Positions 37,753 to 57,061 of a stretch of DNA of 64,000 bases are shown piece by piece (the stretch's first letter is position 1; every line of letters begins with the position of its first letter). Under the pieces are notes generated by a model. That model searched no databases. It saw only the letters and a list, made by a program, of their open reading frames with translations, and was not told the origin of the DNA. The translations under genes were made by a program, and so were the position numbers. The DNA is from Octopus vulgaris (Eukaryota). The stretch covers positions 1,426,001 through 1,490,000 of the forward strand of contig OX597827.1 in assembly GCA_951406725.2 (NCBI GenBank). The letters are read 5' to 3'.

Positions 37753-38217
37753 GTATATGTGTGTGTGTGTATAAGTTCAGCAAAATTTAGATTCAGATGA
37801 ATATGGTACTCAAGTTAAAGGCACCAGAATTTGGTATGGTATTATCCATATAAATCAAATGGGGGGATTACAATCAAAATAAGTAACAAGGATATCCAAG
37901 GTAGAGTAGTACAATTGTTTCATGCTACTTCATTTTATTAAACACTGTAAGAATTACATCAGTTTTAATATGTCGAGCAATCTTCAGCCACATATGGAAT
38001 TTTCCCAAACGGACAATGCACATTCTTATCCTTATTTCATTTGCCAACATTACAAAGAGGGTAGATAGATAGACAGAGAGGTTAATTTCATCATTAAGAA
38101 CATGGTGGTAGTATGTTCACTCTCCGTCTGTAGATTTTATCATTGAGTTCACTTTGTTACTTAGTTCTATCAGTGGGGAGGGAGTATCCTTGTTGCTTAT
38201 TTTGATTAGATATATAT

Positions 38218-38429
38218 ACTCTTTACTCTTTTACTCTTTTACTTGTTTCAGTCATTTGACTGTGGCCATGTTGGAGTACCGCCTTTGTAAGCCTAGTACT
38301 TATTCTATCGATCCCGTTTGCCGAACCGCTAAGTTACAGGGACGTAAACCCACCAGCATCGGTTGTCAAGTGATGTTGGGGACAAACAGACACACAAACA
38401 TATACACATACATACATACATACACACAC

Positions 38430-38505
<76 letters not shown>

Positions 38506-38668
38506 GCATACGACGGGCTTCTTTCAGTTTCCGTCTACCAAATCCACTCACAAGGCTTTGGTCGGCCCGAGGCTATAGTAGAAGACACTTGCCCAAGGTG
38601 CCACGCAGTGAGACTGAACCCAGAACCATGTAGTTCGTAAGCAAGCTACTTACCACACAGCCACTCCT
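38218..38668 (-). mobile_element. SINE family A, full copy with expanded internal (TA)n
   Basis: Homology to family A. Confidence 0.9.
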
Positions 38669-39129
38669 ATATATTTAAATGAATTTATATATAATTGCAA
38701 ATATACATGATGTATATGTATGTGTGTGTATATTTATATATGTGTATGGGGTAAAAGTCCCTCTTTGGTCACGAATGACCATGGGATAGTACCCAGAAAG
38801 TGTCAAGGAATGTTTTCCATCTCATGTACTTGTTGATTGGTTCAACTTTCTCCCGCCACCTTCTCGGATAATATCTATTCGATGGGGTTAGTATAGGTTC
38901 TTGTAGAATAGTTCATGTGATACTGTTCCATATCACAAGGACTATTACATAAGATTTTATTTATGAATAATAATCTATTACACATCATGGATCTCTAATC
39001 CTCCAGTCTCGTAACTGCTAAAATTGTAAAAGTCTTTTCATTTAGAAATTTGATGTGATGACAGAATAAAAAGAAATTCATAACAGCAGAAACTAATCAT
39101 AAGTTTTGACAGAGATCTTTCCATCATTC

Positions 39130-40030
39130 ACTCTATCATCTCTGGTGTGCCTCTAGGGTCCACTTTCGTCCTTCTGTTCCTTCTTCTCTCTCTCTATCAG
39201 TTGTCTGTTTGTCATTATGCCTAAAAGCACACACTATTACAGAGATAACAGCACTCTTAATTCTTCCTTTACCATCATCAGTAACACACTGGACATCAAT
39301 CTGGACATCAAATGCCAAACCTGCATCATTTCCATGAACAATGATCAGGAAAACATCATGCAACGGAGATGTACCAATCTTGTGCCTTTCAATAGCAAAA
39401 AATAAAAGAGATATAAATGCCCTCTCATATCAAAGAACTGTCATTGCATCACACCAAACTCTTCTTGAACATGAGCAACAAGCAATTAGTCTTCTTATGC
39501 ACACTCCAAATTTTGGGCACCATTATATCGGACATTCTCTTTTGGCGAAAACACATCCTTAACATAGCTGTAATCGCATTCTGCTGACTGGTTATTCTTT
39601 TCAAGGCCAGGAGACACTTCAGCATCATACCTCCACCATGACAATCATTGGTACTCTACAAAGTTCAAATAAAACTCACAAGGGAGAATTGTTCCATCAA
39701 CTGGAACAGTATTACTGAGCACACAGGTCCAAGATCTCATCTAGAAAAAAGAGTCATCACAAACACTGTCTCCTCTCTCTGCTTTCTCTGTCGTTACTAT
39801 AGTAACCTCTGCTCCCTGGAGCTGGCTGATTGGTCATGTAACCTCCATTCAAGCACTCCTGATCCACATGTCTCTTCTCTCCTCTCATGACTTTTGTGGG
39901 CCCTGCACTAATCCTTACACCCTGTTCTTTCTTTGTAGTACATCGTTTCTCTTGAATTTACTCTCTGCTCATGTCTTTCCCAACAGGTGTTGACTTGCTG
40001 AGGCTCAAAAAGAACATCACTGGCGTTAAT
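39130..40030 (-). pseudogene. Highly decayed LINE (possibly L1/Tx1-like) RT remnant
   Basis: Coding-like composition with only vestigial RT-like motifs; weak support. Confidence 0.25.
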
Positions 40031-40142
40031 CTCATTAGTCTCAGACACATTTGAAGACGGTGGATTCTGCCCCCTCTCCAGACCAACAAGAAAAATAAAA
40101 GCACAAGATGGCCACAGGTTTCATTACATTGTGGTTTCACAT

Positions 40143-40431
40143 CCGAACATGGCCGTTGCCAGCGCCGCCCCAGCTGGCCTCCGTGCCGGTGGCACGTAAA
40201 AGGAACCATCTGATCGTGGCCATTGCCAGCCTCGTCTGGCACCTGTGCCGGTGGCACGTAAAAAGCACCCACTATACTCACGGAGTGGTTGGCGTTAGGA
40301 AGGGCATCCAGCTGTAGAAACACTGCCAGATCAGACTGGGCCTGGTGCAGCCTTCTGGCTTCCCAGACCCCAGTTGAACCGTCCAACCCATGCTAGCATG
40401 GAAAGCGGACGTTAAACGATGATGATGATGA
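40143..40431 (+). mobile_element. RTE-derived 3' tail (family D)
   Basis: GTGCCGGTGGCACGTAAAA repeats, then GGAAGGGCATCCAGCTGTAGAAA..CATGCTAGCATGG..GTTAAAC(GAT)n; same tail as the RTE at 57310-58742. Confidence 0.85.
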
Positions 40432-40684
40432 ATACTTATAATGAAGACCCATAGCTGCTGAACCCTGTTGGGCAAGACGAAACAATTGAAAGTAAAGGCA
40501 ACAGCTTTACGACATCTTAGATTGTTAAAATGAGTCTTCGACTACAATAGAACCGGTCAGCTTCTATTGTAGAATTCACACGATTTCAGATATAAAATCA
40601 CTTACCAAATATCTACAATTTTGAAGTATATATATTTACCGATACAGATATATCTTTATATATGTGTCTGTAGGAATTCATATA

Positions 40685-41313
40685 AGCCTAGTACTTTTTC
40701 TATTGGTCTCTTTTGCTGAACTGTTAACTTACAGGGACGTAAACACACCAGCATCAGTTGTCAAGCGATGTTGGGGGAACAAACGCAGACACACACATAT
40801 ATATATATATGTATATACATATATATACGAACCTGGAACCATGTGGCTGATAAGCAAGCTACTTAACGCACAACCACTCCTATGTATATATATATATGTT
40901 TGTATATACTCTTTTTACTCTTTTACTTGTTTCAGTCATTTGACTGTGGCCATGCTGGAGTACCACCTTTAGTTGAGCAAATTGACCCCAGGACTTATTC
41001 TTTGAAAATCTAGTACTTATTCTATCGGTCTCTTTTGCCGAACTGCTAAGTTACAGGGATGTAAACACACCAACATCGGTTGTCAAGCGATGTTAGGGGA
41101 CAAACACAGACACACAAACATATACACACACATACATATATACGTATATACGATGGGCTTCTTTCAGTTTCCGTCTACCAAATCCACTCACAAGGCTTTG
41201 GGTGGCCTGAGGCTATAGTAGGAGACACTTTCCTAAGGTGCCACACAGTGGGAATGAAACCAGAACTATGTGGTTGGTAAGCAAGTTACTTACCACACAG
41301 CCACTCCTGCGCC
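40685..41313 (-). mobile_element. Two tandem family A SINEs (deleted copy 40685-40881; full copy 40908-41313)
   Basis: Homology to family A. Confidence 0.87.
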
Positions 41314-41490
41314 TATAAATATATACATCTACATAACATGTATGTATATGAATAGTGCATAAAAAAAAACGGGATACTACTTAAAATGTGCTAATGTCCT
41401 CTTCTCGTGTCATAGCAACATTTTTCATTTCTCAATTTTATTAAAACTGATTTTTGCTGATGTAGACCAAGAGAAGTTACCAGGAATTCT

Positions 41491-41527
<37 letters not shown>

Positions 41528-41632
41528 CAATCTGTATATACATATGAATATTCAATATTCATGTCTGTGAAACTGATTATGCATTAAAGTATCAATATAT
41601 GTATGCATGTGTGTGTGTATGTGTATACATGC

Positions 41633-41718
<86 letters not shown>

Positions 41719-41813
41719 ATATATATATACATGTACATAGAGATATATTTCTCTCTTTCATTTTATATCTCTCTTCCTCACTCACTCTGTCTATTACACC
41801 CCCACCCATGCAT

Positions 41814-41845
<32 letters not shown>

Positions 41846-41847
<2 letters not shown>

Positions 41848-42869
41848 CTGTCTTTCTGTTGTAAAAAATGGCTTTTCCGTTTTCGTTTCTGTTGAGTTCT
41901 ACGTCCTTTTGTGGTGTCCTGTACTTACGTATATATATTTATATATGCGTATATATATTTATATATACATGTAGATGAAGGTACGTACATATATGTTTGT
42001 ATATATGCATATATTTTATTTATAACACTATTGTCTGACAGCGCTTCGCGTCGGGTTCGTTCGATTCTTCGCTTCGTTCCGTTTCTTATCCTTCCAGTAT
42101 TGTTTTATAATATAATTATGACGCGAAATTCTCTCCCTTTGCTTTACCTTCCCCTCTCTCTTTCCCTCATCTCTCTCTCAGCCGCGTGTCTTCCTCTATC
42201 TCTCTCTCTCACTCCTCCTCACTTTTGTCACTGCTAATCCTTTTGCACGCTGCTTTCAAACCGTAAAGTCATGTTTCCATGCGCTTGCCAGAACCTCTTT
42301 CGTCCCAGCCAGAACAAAGGCCTTTTCGTTTGTTTTCCTCGTTTGTTTTCTTGTTTATTTTGATTTCTCGTATTGTATTTTCTTTTTATTTCTCGTTTTG
42401 TATTTTCTTGTACATGTATTTTTATCTTGTATTTTATTGTGCAGTTTTATTGTTACGTCCTGTTTGTGTTACATTTTTTTCGTGCTTGTTTTACCCCTCT
42501 GTGAGGTTATTTTATTTTAATTCTCTCGCAGGAAGGCCTAGTATTTACGAGTCGTGTCCTGTCTTGCCTTCGAAACACGCTTAAGTCAACTAGCGACAGC
42601 TGATGATTGGGGATTTTCCTTGTGTAGCTTGTCCTGTACCTTGTTTTTCTGTTGTAAATAATGTTTTTCCCGTTTTCGTTCTGTCCTGTTCCACGTCTCT
42701 GTCTTTCTGTTGTAAAAAAATGGCTTTTCCGTTTTCGTTTCTGTTGAGTTCTACGTCTTTTTGTGGTGTCCTGTACTTACGTATATATATTTATATATGC
42801 ATGTATATATACATGTAGATGTAGGTACGTACATATATGTTTGCATGTATGCATATATTTTATTTATTA

Positions 42870-42874
<5 letters not shown>
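41846..42874. repeat. Non-coding element with ~180-bp direct repeats (851-bp period)
   Basis: 41846-42030 and 42697-42874 are close copies; interior is T-rich on +, retains CpG and has no credible ORF. Confidence 0.8.
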
Positions 42875-42900
<26 letters not shown>

Positions 42901-42904
<4 letters not shown>

Positions 42905-43741
42905 GTCATCCCATAAGTTCTGTCCGAATTTTGAATAAAGAAAACAAGTGATCAAATGTTATATTTAATTGAAATTTAATCATCAATGTACTTTCCCTGA
43001 TTATCTATGACTTCCTTCCATCTATTTACAAGCTTTATAATCCTTTCAAAGCGAAGAACTCTGAAATGTCAGTTTCGACCTCCTCCTTGCTCGTGAAAGT
43101 TACGTCCCCCAAATGATTCTATAAACTACGAAACAAACAGTAGTCTGAAGGAGCAGGGTTGGGAGAATAAGGTGCATGAGAAATTTTTTCCCAACGAAGC
43201 CCTTCGATCTTCTGTGATGTGATCTTTGCAGTGTGGGGCTGCACATTGTCCTGATGAAACATCACTCCTTTTTAATTCACTAAAGTGGGTCTTTTTTTCT
43301 TCAAAGCTTGATTCAAACGCTGTAATTGCTGACAGTAGACTTGAGCATTGATTGTTGCATTAGATGGTAATAACTCAAGATGAATTTCTCCTTTGCAATC
43401 CCACCAGATAGAGAGAAGAACCTTTTTCCCATGAAGTTCCCTTCTTGCTTGTGGTTGAGCTTTTTCCCTTTTACCAAGCCACTGTTTACAACGTTTAACA
43501 TTTTGATAGAAGATCCATTTTTCATCACCAGTCACAAGTCTATCCAAAAAGGGTGAAATGAGTTCATGAGAATGGAGAGAAGAGCAGATGTCAACTCAGG
43601 ATTTACGGTTGCTTTCAGTCAGTTCACGAGGCACCCATTTTCCAAGTTTAGGAACATTTCCAAGTTGTTGAAGATGATGAGAAACAGTTGTATGGTTTGA
43701 ACTAAGCTTTATTGCCAATTCTTCAACTGATAATTACCTGA
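42901..43741 (-). mobile_element. Mariner (DD34D) transposon, 5'-deleted pseudogene
   Basis: WVP, LVTGDEKW, KVLLSIWWD, FHQDN, HAPYSPNPAPSDY motifs; TIR TCAGGTCATCCCATAAGTTCTGTCCG in (TA)n; only ACCTGA|TA remains at the other end. Confidence 0.92.
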
Positions 43742-43752
43742 TATACATATAT

Positions 43753-43965
43753 ACAGGGGGGGGGCGATGAAAAGCGCCTGGTTTGGGGTAAAAGAAAATA
43801 CAGTACAACCAGTTAATTATGACATTATTCAATATATTCCCCTCTCACTTATTGCAGGGGTCCTTCAGTTTTTCTAAGCCCTGTAAATGAACTTGGAAGG
43901 GTGGGCCTCCAAGCAGGCCTTCACAACATCATTAAAGCCAGCAATATTTCAGCACCGGACTCGTA
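43753..43965. mobile_element. Mariner-derived MITE, copy 2
   Basis: Homologous to 8113-8330. Confidence 0.7.
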
Positions 43966-44299
43966 TATATATTTATTGACACTAAGCCACAGCATTCTTA
44001 GAGCAAAATTCGGACTGTTGATCTGTGAGACACCTGGGTAACCTCCCGCTGTGACCATGCCTAAAGATGGAATTGATTTGTGTTATATCCTGGCAGTGCG
44101 GCAGAGTCATGGTGAGCCATTTTCTATTTCAATCTGCAATTCGACCAATCACTGCTCTGCTGTTGTCATATTTTCTATTTTGAGAGAGACAGCAGCCAGA
44201 CAAATTGGTACATTTTATTATTTCAAGGTAGAAACCTATGGCATCAAACCACTTTTAGAATTATCTTGTGTCTGTATGTGTCTTTGTGTATTTGTGTGT

Positions 44300-49100
<4,801 letters not shown>

Positions 49101-49315
49101 TTCTTTGGACAGATAGAAATATACCGATATATGCTGTAAAACACAGTCACCACCTCCACTTGTATAAACACACACACCCATGCATGCTCATAGGCACACA
49201 CTCACATATATATATATATAGATATATATACACCAACATTTTATTATTATTAATATTATTTATATCATCATCATCATTATTATTATTATCATTATTTTTA
49301 TTATTATAATTATTA

Positions 49316-49347
<32 letters not shown>

Positions 49348-50108
49348 GTCAAATTTAATATTCATATTTTAAGGTTTCATAAGGATCCTTTTGTTGGTGC
49401 TGCTTTGGGTCTTCGAGGTAACGGTTTAGCATAAGAAGTGAAACTGTTTTTGGTTGGGAGGATCCATGGTGGGGTGGCTAAATTGGGGTTGTTTCTGTCT
49501 GTTATCATTGATTTCAAGTCAATCACATCATTACTACTGCTTGTGTTGTGGCCAGCACTTGGCTGGTAGGAACACATCGTCGTGCTGCTCGTACTGTGGG
49601 GGTTTTTGGGTCTGCTGAAAATCCGAGGGAAGGATATTTTATCTGCGCTCAGAAACTTTTCTGGTTGTTGGCAAGAATAGCGACCTGGAAAAATAAAAAA
49701 AGAAAAAAATTTTATAACTACATGTTGCTCCAGTATGGCTGCAGTCAAATAACTGAAAACAAGTAAAAGAATAACAGAATATATACAAAGAAATGTAAAG
49801 AAATATTTAAAAGGATATTTATTTATGATAACCGAATATGAAAAATGCATTTAAATTATAAATATAATTATATATTCATATTGCCATCCACCCATCCATT
49901 CATCCATCCGTCCGTCTGTCCGCCTGTCTGTCTGTCCGTCCGACCGTCTGTCCGTCCATTTGTCTGACTGACCGTCTGTCTATAATTTTTGATTTTTTGA
50001 TGCCCCACTTTTCCATTATGGCACAGACTGGACACACACACATACACGTGTAATATAATGTCAATCTATGTATCTATAGATATATACACATATACATATG
50101 TGTATATA

Positions 50109-50152
<44 letters not shown>

Positions 50153-51312
50153 CCCATATACATATAAAACATAATTTAAGGATTTCATTATATACTTTGA
50201 TAAACACAAGATTTTAATGTGAGCTTCTTGCTCCAATCGTGGTGAACTTGTATAGCATTCGTACTATCCTGGAGTCTTTAGGGCTCAAAATATATATAAC
50301 TACATTCTAAAAAAAATCAAGAAAGAATGAGAAAAAGAAAGGAAAAAGAGAAGCTAGACGAAAAAATTTGTAAAAAAACAAACAAAATGAGAAAAGGAAA
50401 GCTTGCAGAGAAGGGAGATAACTGGTCCATTAGTACTGAAATTAACAGTGGTTGGAGGGGAAATCTTTTTGCTTGATAAGGGGAGGTCGATATTTTCCAG
50501 TTCATTAATAAAAATTTGCTTTGACACTTGCACTTTGTGAAAGTTTCTGATCCTCAGTGCAATAGTCTGGTGAAGTTTCCTGGATTCTGTGATGTTTACA
50601 TTCCCTCGTTGGATGAGATGCTGATTGTTGCAGGGTTGCTCATTTTTGCAATCAAAGGACTGAAGCAATGTGAAATTAATCGTTTTTGCTCGAGAACACA
50701 AGACATTACCCAGTTCAGGAATGAATTTAGTTTCATGGCCATGAGTGCAATACCCTAACCACTAAATGACACATCTTCACTATATATACATTTACAAACA
50801 TACATACATGTATGCTTAATATATGCATTGCATATATTTAAACATATGTATTGTGTATGTATATATACCTACATTTATATATTATCATAATCATCATTTT
50901 TAACTTCCAATTTTCCATGCTTGCATGGGTTGGATGAAGTATATTGATGATGCAGTTATTCTATGGCTGGGTGCCCTTCTTGTCCCGAACCTTCACCTGT
51001 TTGCAAGCAAGGAGATATTTTACCCTGACCAGTAGACATGATCTCAAAGTATATTGAAAAGGAACGACATTGCTTGTACAACTATTACACAATGTCAAGA
51101 CAAAGAGATACAACCTCATAGACACACACACGTGCACACACACACACACACACACATTACGATGGGCCTCTTTCAGTTTCTCTCTACCAAATCCACTCAC
51201 AAGGCTTTGGTTTATCTGAGTCTATAGTTGCTGACGCTTGCCCATAGTGTCATGCAGTGGGATTGAACATGGGACCAGGTGATTTGGAAGCATACTTCTT
51301 ACCACACATTAA

Positions 51313-51357
<45 letters not shown>

Positions 51358-51491
51358 GTAAGGAAGGGCATCCAGCTGTAGAAACTCTGCCAGATTGAGA
51401 TTGGAGCCTGATGCAGCCATCTGGTTCGCCAGCCCTCAGTCAAATCGTCCAACCCATGCTAGCATGGAAAGCGGACGTTAAACGATGATGA

Positions 51492-51539
<48 letters not shown>

Positions 51540-51540
51540 A
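51358..51540 (+). mobile_element. RTE-derived 3' tail (family D), 5'-truncated
   Basis: GGAAGGGCATCCAGCTGTAGAAAC..(GAT)n. Confidence 0.85.
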
Positions 51541-51848
51541 TAAGTCCCAATATATGGATTCAACTAATCCAGTGGTACTCATAAAAAGACTCCTTAATGT
51601 ATCATTTTACAAAACATATTATAATATATCAAACTATACAAGAGAAAACGAAAAGTAGTGTAAAAAGATTGTTTTGTATTTTGCATTGACGCAGATAAAT
51701 AAGTAATTTCTTTATCATTAAATATAATAATGTAAATTACTTACATGCTTTAGGTTACAAAACAATTTGTGGTGATGTCAGAATTTTCTTATTGTTGAGT
51801 AAAATTGCACCAAACTATTTCCCTCTCATTTATGACTTTATATATATA

Positions 51849-52095
51849 TTCCCAGACCGGGCGTTGTGTGTGTTTATTGAGAAGAAACACCTGAAGCACC
51901 AATGAGGCTCTGGCAGGGGGTGGTGGTGACCCCTGTTGTACTCTTTCGCCCCAACTTTCTTCCTGTTTCTTGAGTAATGCTGCGATGGACTGGCGTCCCG
52001 TCCAGCTGGGTGGGGAACACATACACCACAGAAACCGGGAAACCAGGCCCATGAGCCTGGCTAGGCTTGAAAAGGGCACATGAATAAATAAAATA
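51849..52095 (+). mobile_element. SINE family C, 5'-truncated
   Basis: Aligns to 16921-17165. Confidence 0.85.
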
Positions 52096-52522
52096 AAATG
52101 TATGTATATATGTATCCATGTATGTATGTTTGTGTTTGCATGTGTGTTCCGTTGTCTGTACTTCAAATGATGATTGTAAATGAGTATCATACAAGCGAGG
52201 TTGTTCATCTCCAGTTCTCTGCGAGGATGTGTCTTGGTGGGAAATCTATATTACATTGCTGGGAAAGCTGGTCACTGGGTGACAAGAAGAGCATCTGACC
52301 ACAGGAAACCTGCTGCAAATAATTCGTCTGATTTATGCAAGCAACGAAAAGATGAATGTTAAAGATGCTGCTTCTGATGATGATGATGATGACAATGATG
52401 ATGTTGAGGACAATGATGATGAGGATGGTGCTGCTGATGGTGATAATGATAATAATGTTGATGATGATGATGGTGATGAAAGTGCCGTTTCTGCTGCTGC
52501 TGTTAATGATGATGATAGCATT

Positions 52523-52554
<32 letters not shown>

Positions 52555-53946
52555 GCAAATCCTACCCTTTCCTGTGCCATATCCAACCACCAGATACCAT
52601 TCACAAGATACTGGTTGCCCCCCTGCCACCTCCAAGGCAGAGATTGCAGCAGAAGATGCTTGCCTATGTCTAAGGTTCTGATTGCCCGGCAGTATTGAAG
52701 CTAGAATCACATGGTTTTATGAAACAGTCTTTTCAACTCATGCTGCCATACCAAACTCTACCGAAGAGGGTGCATGGAAGCTAGATGCACTGTCTTTCTG
52801 GTGATGAGGAATTGCTTGCCAGTGCATGGTGCTTGACAGATCGAAGAATAAATAATGGTGATAAGGGAAGGGGAATTAAAATAATGGTAAGATAAACAAT
52901 TGGAAGAAAGGAGGGAAAAAAATGTATATGTAGATGTAAAATGCAGTAATGCATAGCGCTGAACATAAAAAACATGCATGAATACACAAGCGTGCACACA
53001 CACATATGCACACATGCACACACACACACAAACACACACAGACACACACACACACATGCACACACACACACACACACACATGCACACACACACATGCACA
53101 CACACATACACACACACATTTTTCACTCACAAACATATATCAGAACACAACAGTAAAGCCTATACATACATACATATATGCATACACACAAACACACATA
53201 CATGCAAACATGCATAAAATCATACATATACATACATACACACACACACACATATATATACACACATATATATGCACAAACACACAGACACATAAATACA
53301 TACACACACACATGTATATTATATGTTATGTATATCACTTTTTTCTTTTATCTTTTATCTTTTATCTTTGTAGTGAGACTGCGACCATGCTGGGGCACCA
53401 CCTTGAAGCTTTATAGTCAAACAAACTGACACCAGCACATTTTTTGATGTTTTTAAAGTCTGCTACTTGTTCTGTTGGATACTTTTGATGAACTGCTAAG
53501 TTACAGTGACATATACACACCAAAACCAGTTGTCAGGTGGTAGTGGAGGACAAACACACAAAAAAAGCACACACATATATGTATGCACATATATATATAA
53601 ATTAAAGGAAGAAGAAAACAAAATCAAAGCAGGATTTTGATTTTGATTTTGTTTTTCTCTTCTTTTAATTTATACCCACTCACTCGGAATTAGGCTACGG
53701 GTACCCAAATACGGCCGCTGTTATGAGCTCTCCTGCCAAGCAATTTAGAGGGTAGGCAGTAGGACCCAGGTTGGAGCGAGAAAGGCTTTCTGTCATGGCA
53801 CCAACATACCAGACAGACAAGGTGCATTGTACTCTGTAAGTGTTAAGAGTAAGCAGTGAGCTATGATGTGTATTTACTCCCATGTATAGTTATATATGCA
53901 CATCTAAATGTTTGTCTGTCTGTCTGTCTGTCTGTCTATCTGTTTA

Positions 53947-53990
<44 letters not shown>

Positions 53991-53995
53991 GTCTG

Positions 53996-54028
<33 letters not shown>

Positions 54029-54043
54029 ATATCTATCTATCTA

Positions 54044-54500
<457 letters not shown>

Positions 54501-54661
54501 TTTTATATATAGACATGCTGATATATGACCTACGTTGGACTCCTCATTCGCATAATCATCAAACCTGGAGCTTAACTATAGTCTGTCCATAGCACCTACT
54601 CAGCATTACCTGACACCTTTGGGTCTTATTGACACCATTACATCTCATAACCCCCACCTCA

Positions 54662-54727
<66 letters not shown>

Positions 54728-54728
<1 letters not shown>

Positions 54729-54990
54729 AGGCAAAGACTATTTCCCAATATAACATGGCAGTCCCGGATGGGATGAGTGCTGCTGTTGCTCAGCGCAAGG
54801 AAGCGTCGTCTCCAGCTGGATATATGACACAGTATCTGTGTCTTTATATTTTCCAGTACATACAGTAAATATAAGGACACAAATACTGTGTCATATAGCC
54901 AGCTGGAGAAGACTTTTCATGGAGCTGAGCAATAGTGGCATTCATCCCATGCAGGACTGCCACATTATGATGGCAAATAGTCTTTGCTTT
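54728..54990. mobile_element. Fold-back MITE (Kolobok-like ends)
   Basis: ~125-bp arms pair over their whole length around a ~15-nt spacer; ends AAGGCAAAGACTATTT / AAATAGTCTTTGCTTTAA. Confidence 0.8.
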
Positions 54991-55050
54991 AAAGGGTTGT
55001 TGCTGAATGTCTCTCTTTGGGAGATTTGTAAAATAGTAATATATATATAC

Positions 55051-55095
<45 letters not shown>

Positions 55096-55311
55096 TATAT
55101 ATATATATTCATATTCAAACTACACACACACACACATATGGATATATCAATATCAGTATGCCTATGTACATATATATTTATTGATATATCTATATATCTA
55201 TCAATATATCTTATGTATGTATGCATGTATGTATGTATGTATGTATGTATGTATGTATGCAAGTATGTATGTATGTATGTATGTATGTATGTATGTATGT
55301 ATGCAAGTATG

Positions 55312-55345
<34 letters not shown>

Positions 55346-55440
55346 TGTATGTATGTATGTATGTATGTGTGTGTGTGTATGTATGTATGATACAAAATGA
55401 TAAAATCATCATAATTCTTGTGTTTTGTTTCTCCCTACAG

Positions 55441-55722
55441 AATGGCTTGGACAGGTGTCACAATGTCACAGTGTCTCCCATTCACTGTTAACAAACGAAC
55501 TGAGCTGGTCACCTTCGTCAGGACAGAAAATTCTAGATTTCTGAAAAACAAATTTTATGCCTGTTTTTTTTTTTTATGTTTTTGTCGTCGCATAAAACTT
55601 CTTAGAAACACATGACCTCTGCCCAACCAAAACGACCACCGCCACCACCACCACCACCATTACCACCACCAGCACCACCCTCTAAATGTTGTGCAAGTAC
55701 TGGATCAAAGACCGCCTGAAAT
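55441..55722 (+). other. Putative exon
   Basis: Strong acceptor tcttgtgttttgtttctccctacag|; candidate donor AAT|gtaagg; unique sequence; no long open frame. Confidence 0.35.
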
Positions 55723-56337
55723 GTAAGGGTAACAAAAATCGAGGAGCTGGGATGGACGACAAGATCCTTTAGAAACAAGAGTTAAATAGATGAAGTGAGA
55801 TCTATGAGGCATGCAAATGTCTTTGAAGTTTGCCCTACTGGAAAAAGAAAAATGAGTGACCATAGAAAAGAAGAAGTCAATATATTGTAGCAAAAACATC
55901 AGAAGGTTAGCTGAAACTGCAGAACAATTGTATTATAGATCTGGAAGTGAGTCTCTATGAGTCATTGTATGGAATATCAACTTAACTTTTCAATGGTCCA
56001 GTCTTCTGTAAGATATACACTGACTGTGTTTTGTTTATCTTTTTGGCCAATTATGTGTGCCTGACAAGTTTGTAGACAGAGAGAATAATGCATTGTTGGA
56101 GAACTTGGCCGTTGTATTCAGTAACAAGTAGACAACCAATATTTTCTACACATATGAACATGCATACATGCATACATATATACATAAATGCATGCTACAT
56201 AAGCACATACATGTACACACACATATATATATATATATATATTATTGATCTCTCTCTCTCTATCTATCTATTGGTCTGTCTATCTGTCTGTCTATCTGCC
56301 TTCTGTTTCTCTCTCCCTCCCTCTGTATGTGTATATA

Positions 56338-56413
<76 letters not shown>

Positions 56414-56762
56414 TAGACAGACATATACATATATACACACATATATATAGTAGCAGCTGCTTTCTCGTATACGAGCAAAGCCATTGCTAGAAAGAATCAC
56501 TGAAATGAGTCATCAATGATGCAATGTGAGGCCCTTGTATGACTCTTGACCCCCTGGCCTAAGACTTGCACATTCTATTGCAAAATGCACATCTGTGCTG
56601 GCTTGCAGAGAGAGCAGGTGCCACAGTATGAAGTCTTTTGACATGTCTTATATATGTATGTATATCTATCTATCTATCTCATTACATATGTATTTATATA
56701 TACATGAATGTATATATTTATGTATACATATATATGGATGAATATATATGTGTGTGTGTATA

Positions 56763-56801
<39 letters not shown>

Positions 56802-56916
56802 CACACATATATATAAATACATATGTGTATGTATATATTTGTATATATGTATTTATATATATATTTGTGTGTGTGTGAGTATTTATATATATATCTATGC
56901 GGACATTAAAGGATGA

Positions 56917-56970
<54 letters not shown>

Positions 56971-57061
56971 TTAATAAAGTATTATTCCTATTATTAAAAT
57001 AACAATAATAGTAAAGTGGCTAGTAAGTTTAACCTAATTAGGCAAAATATACAAATCCCTT

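Noticed and set aside
50525-50565. CTGAGGA-TCA-GAAA with an ACTTT/AAAGT stem on minus
   Set aside because: No helix II and the triplet is GUG (non-cleavable); probably chance.
52352-52681. Asp-rich acidic ORF resembling a biomineralisation protein
   Set aside because: It is the expanded (GAT)n tail of a decayed family D repeat followed by (TA)n.
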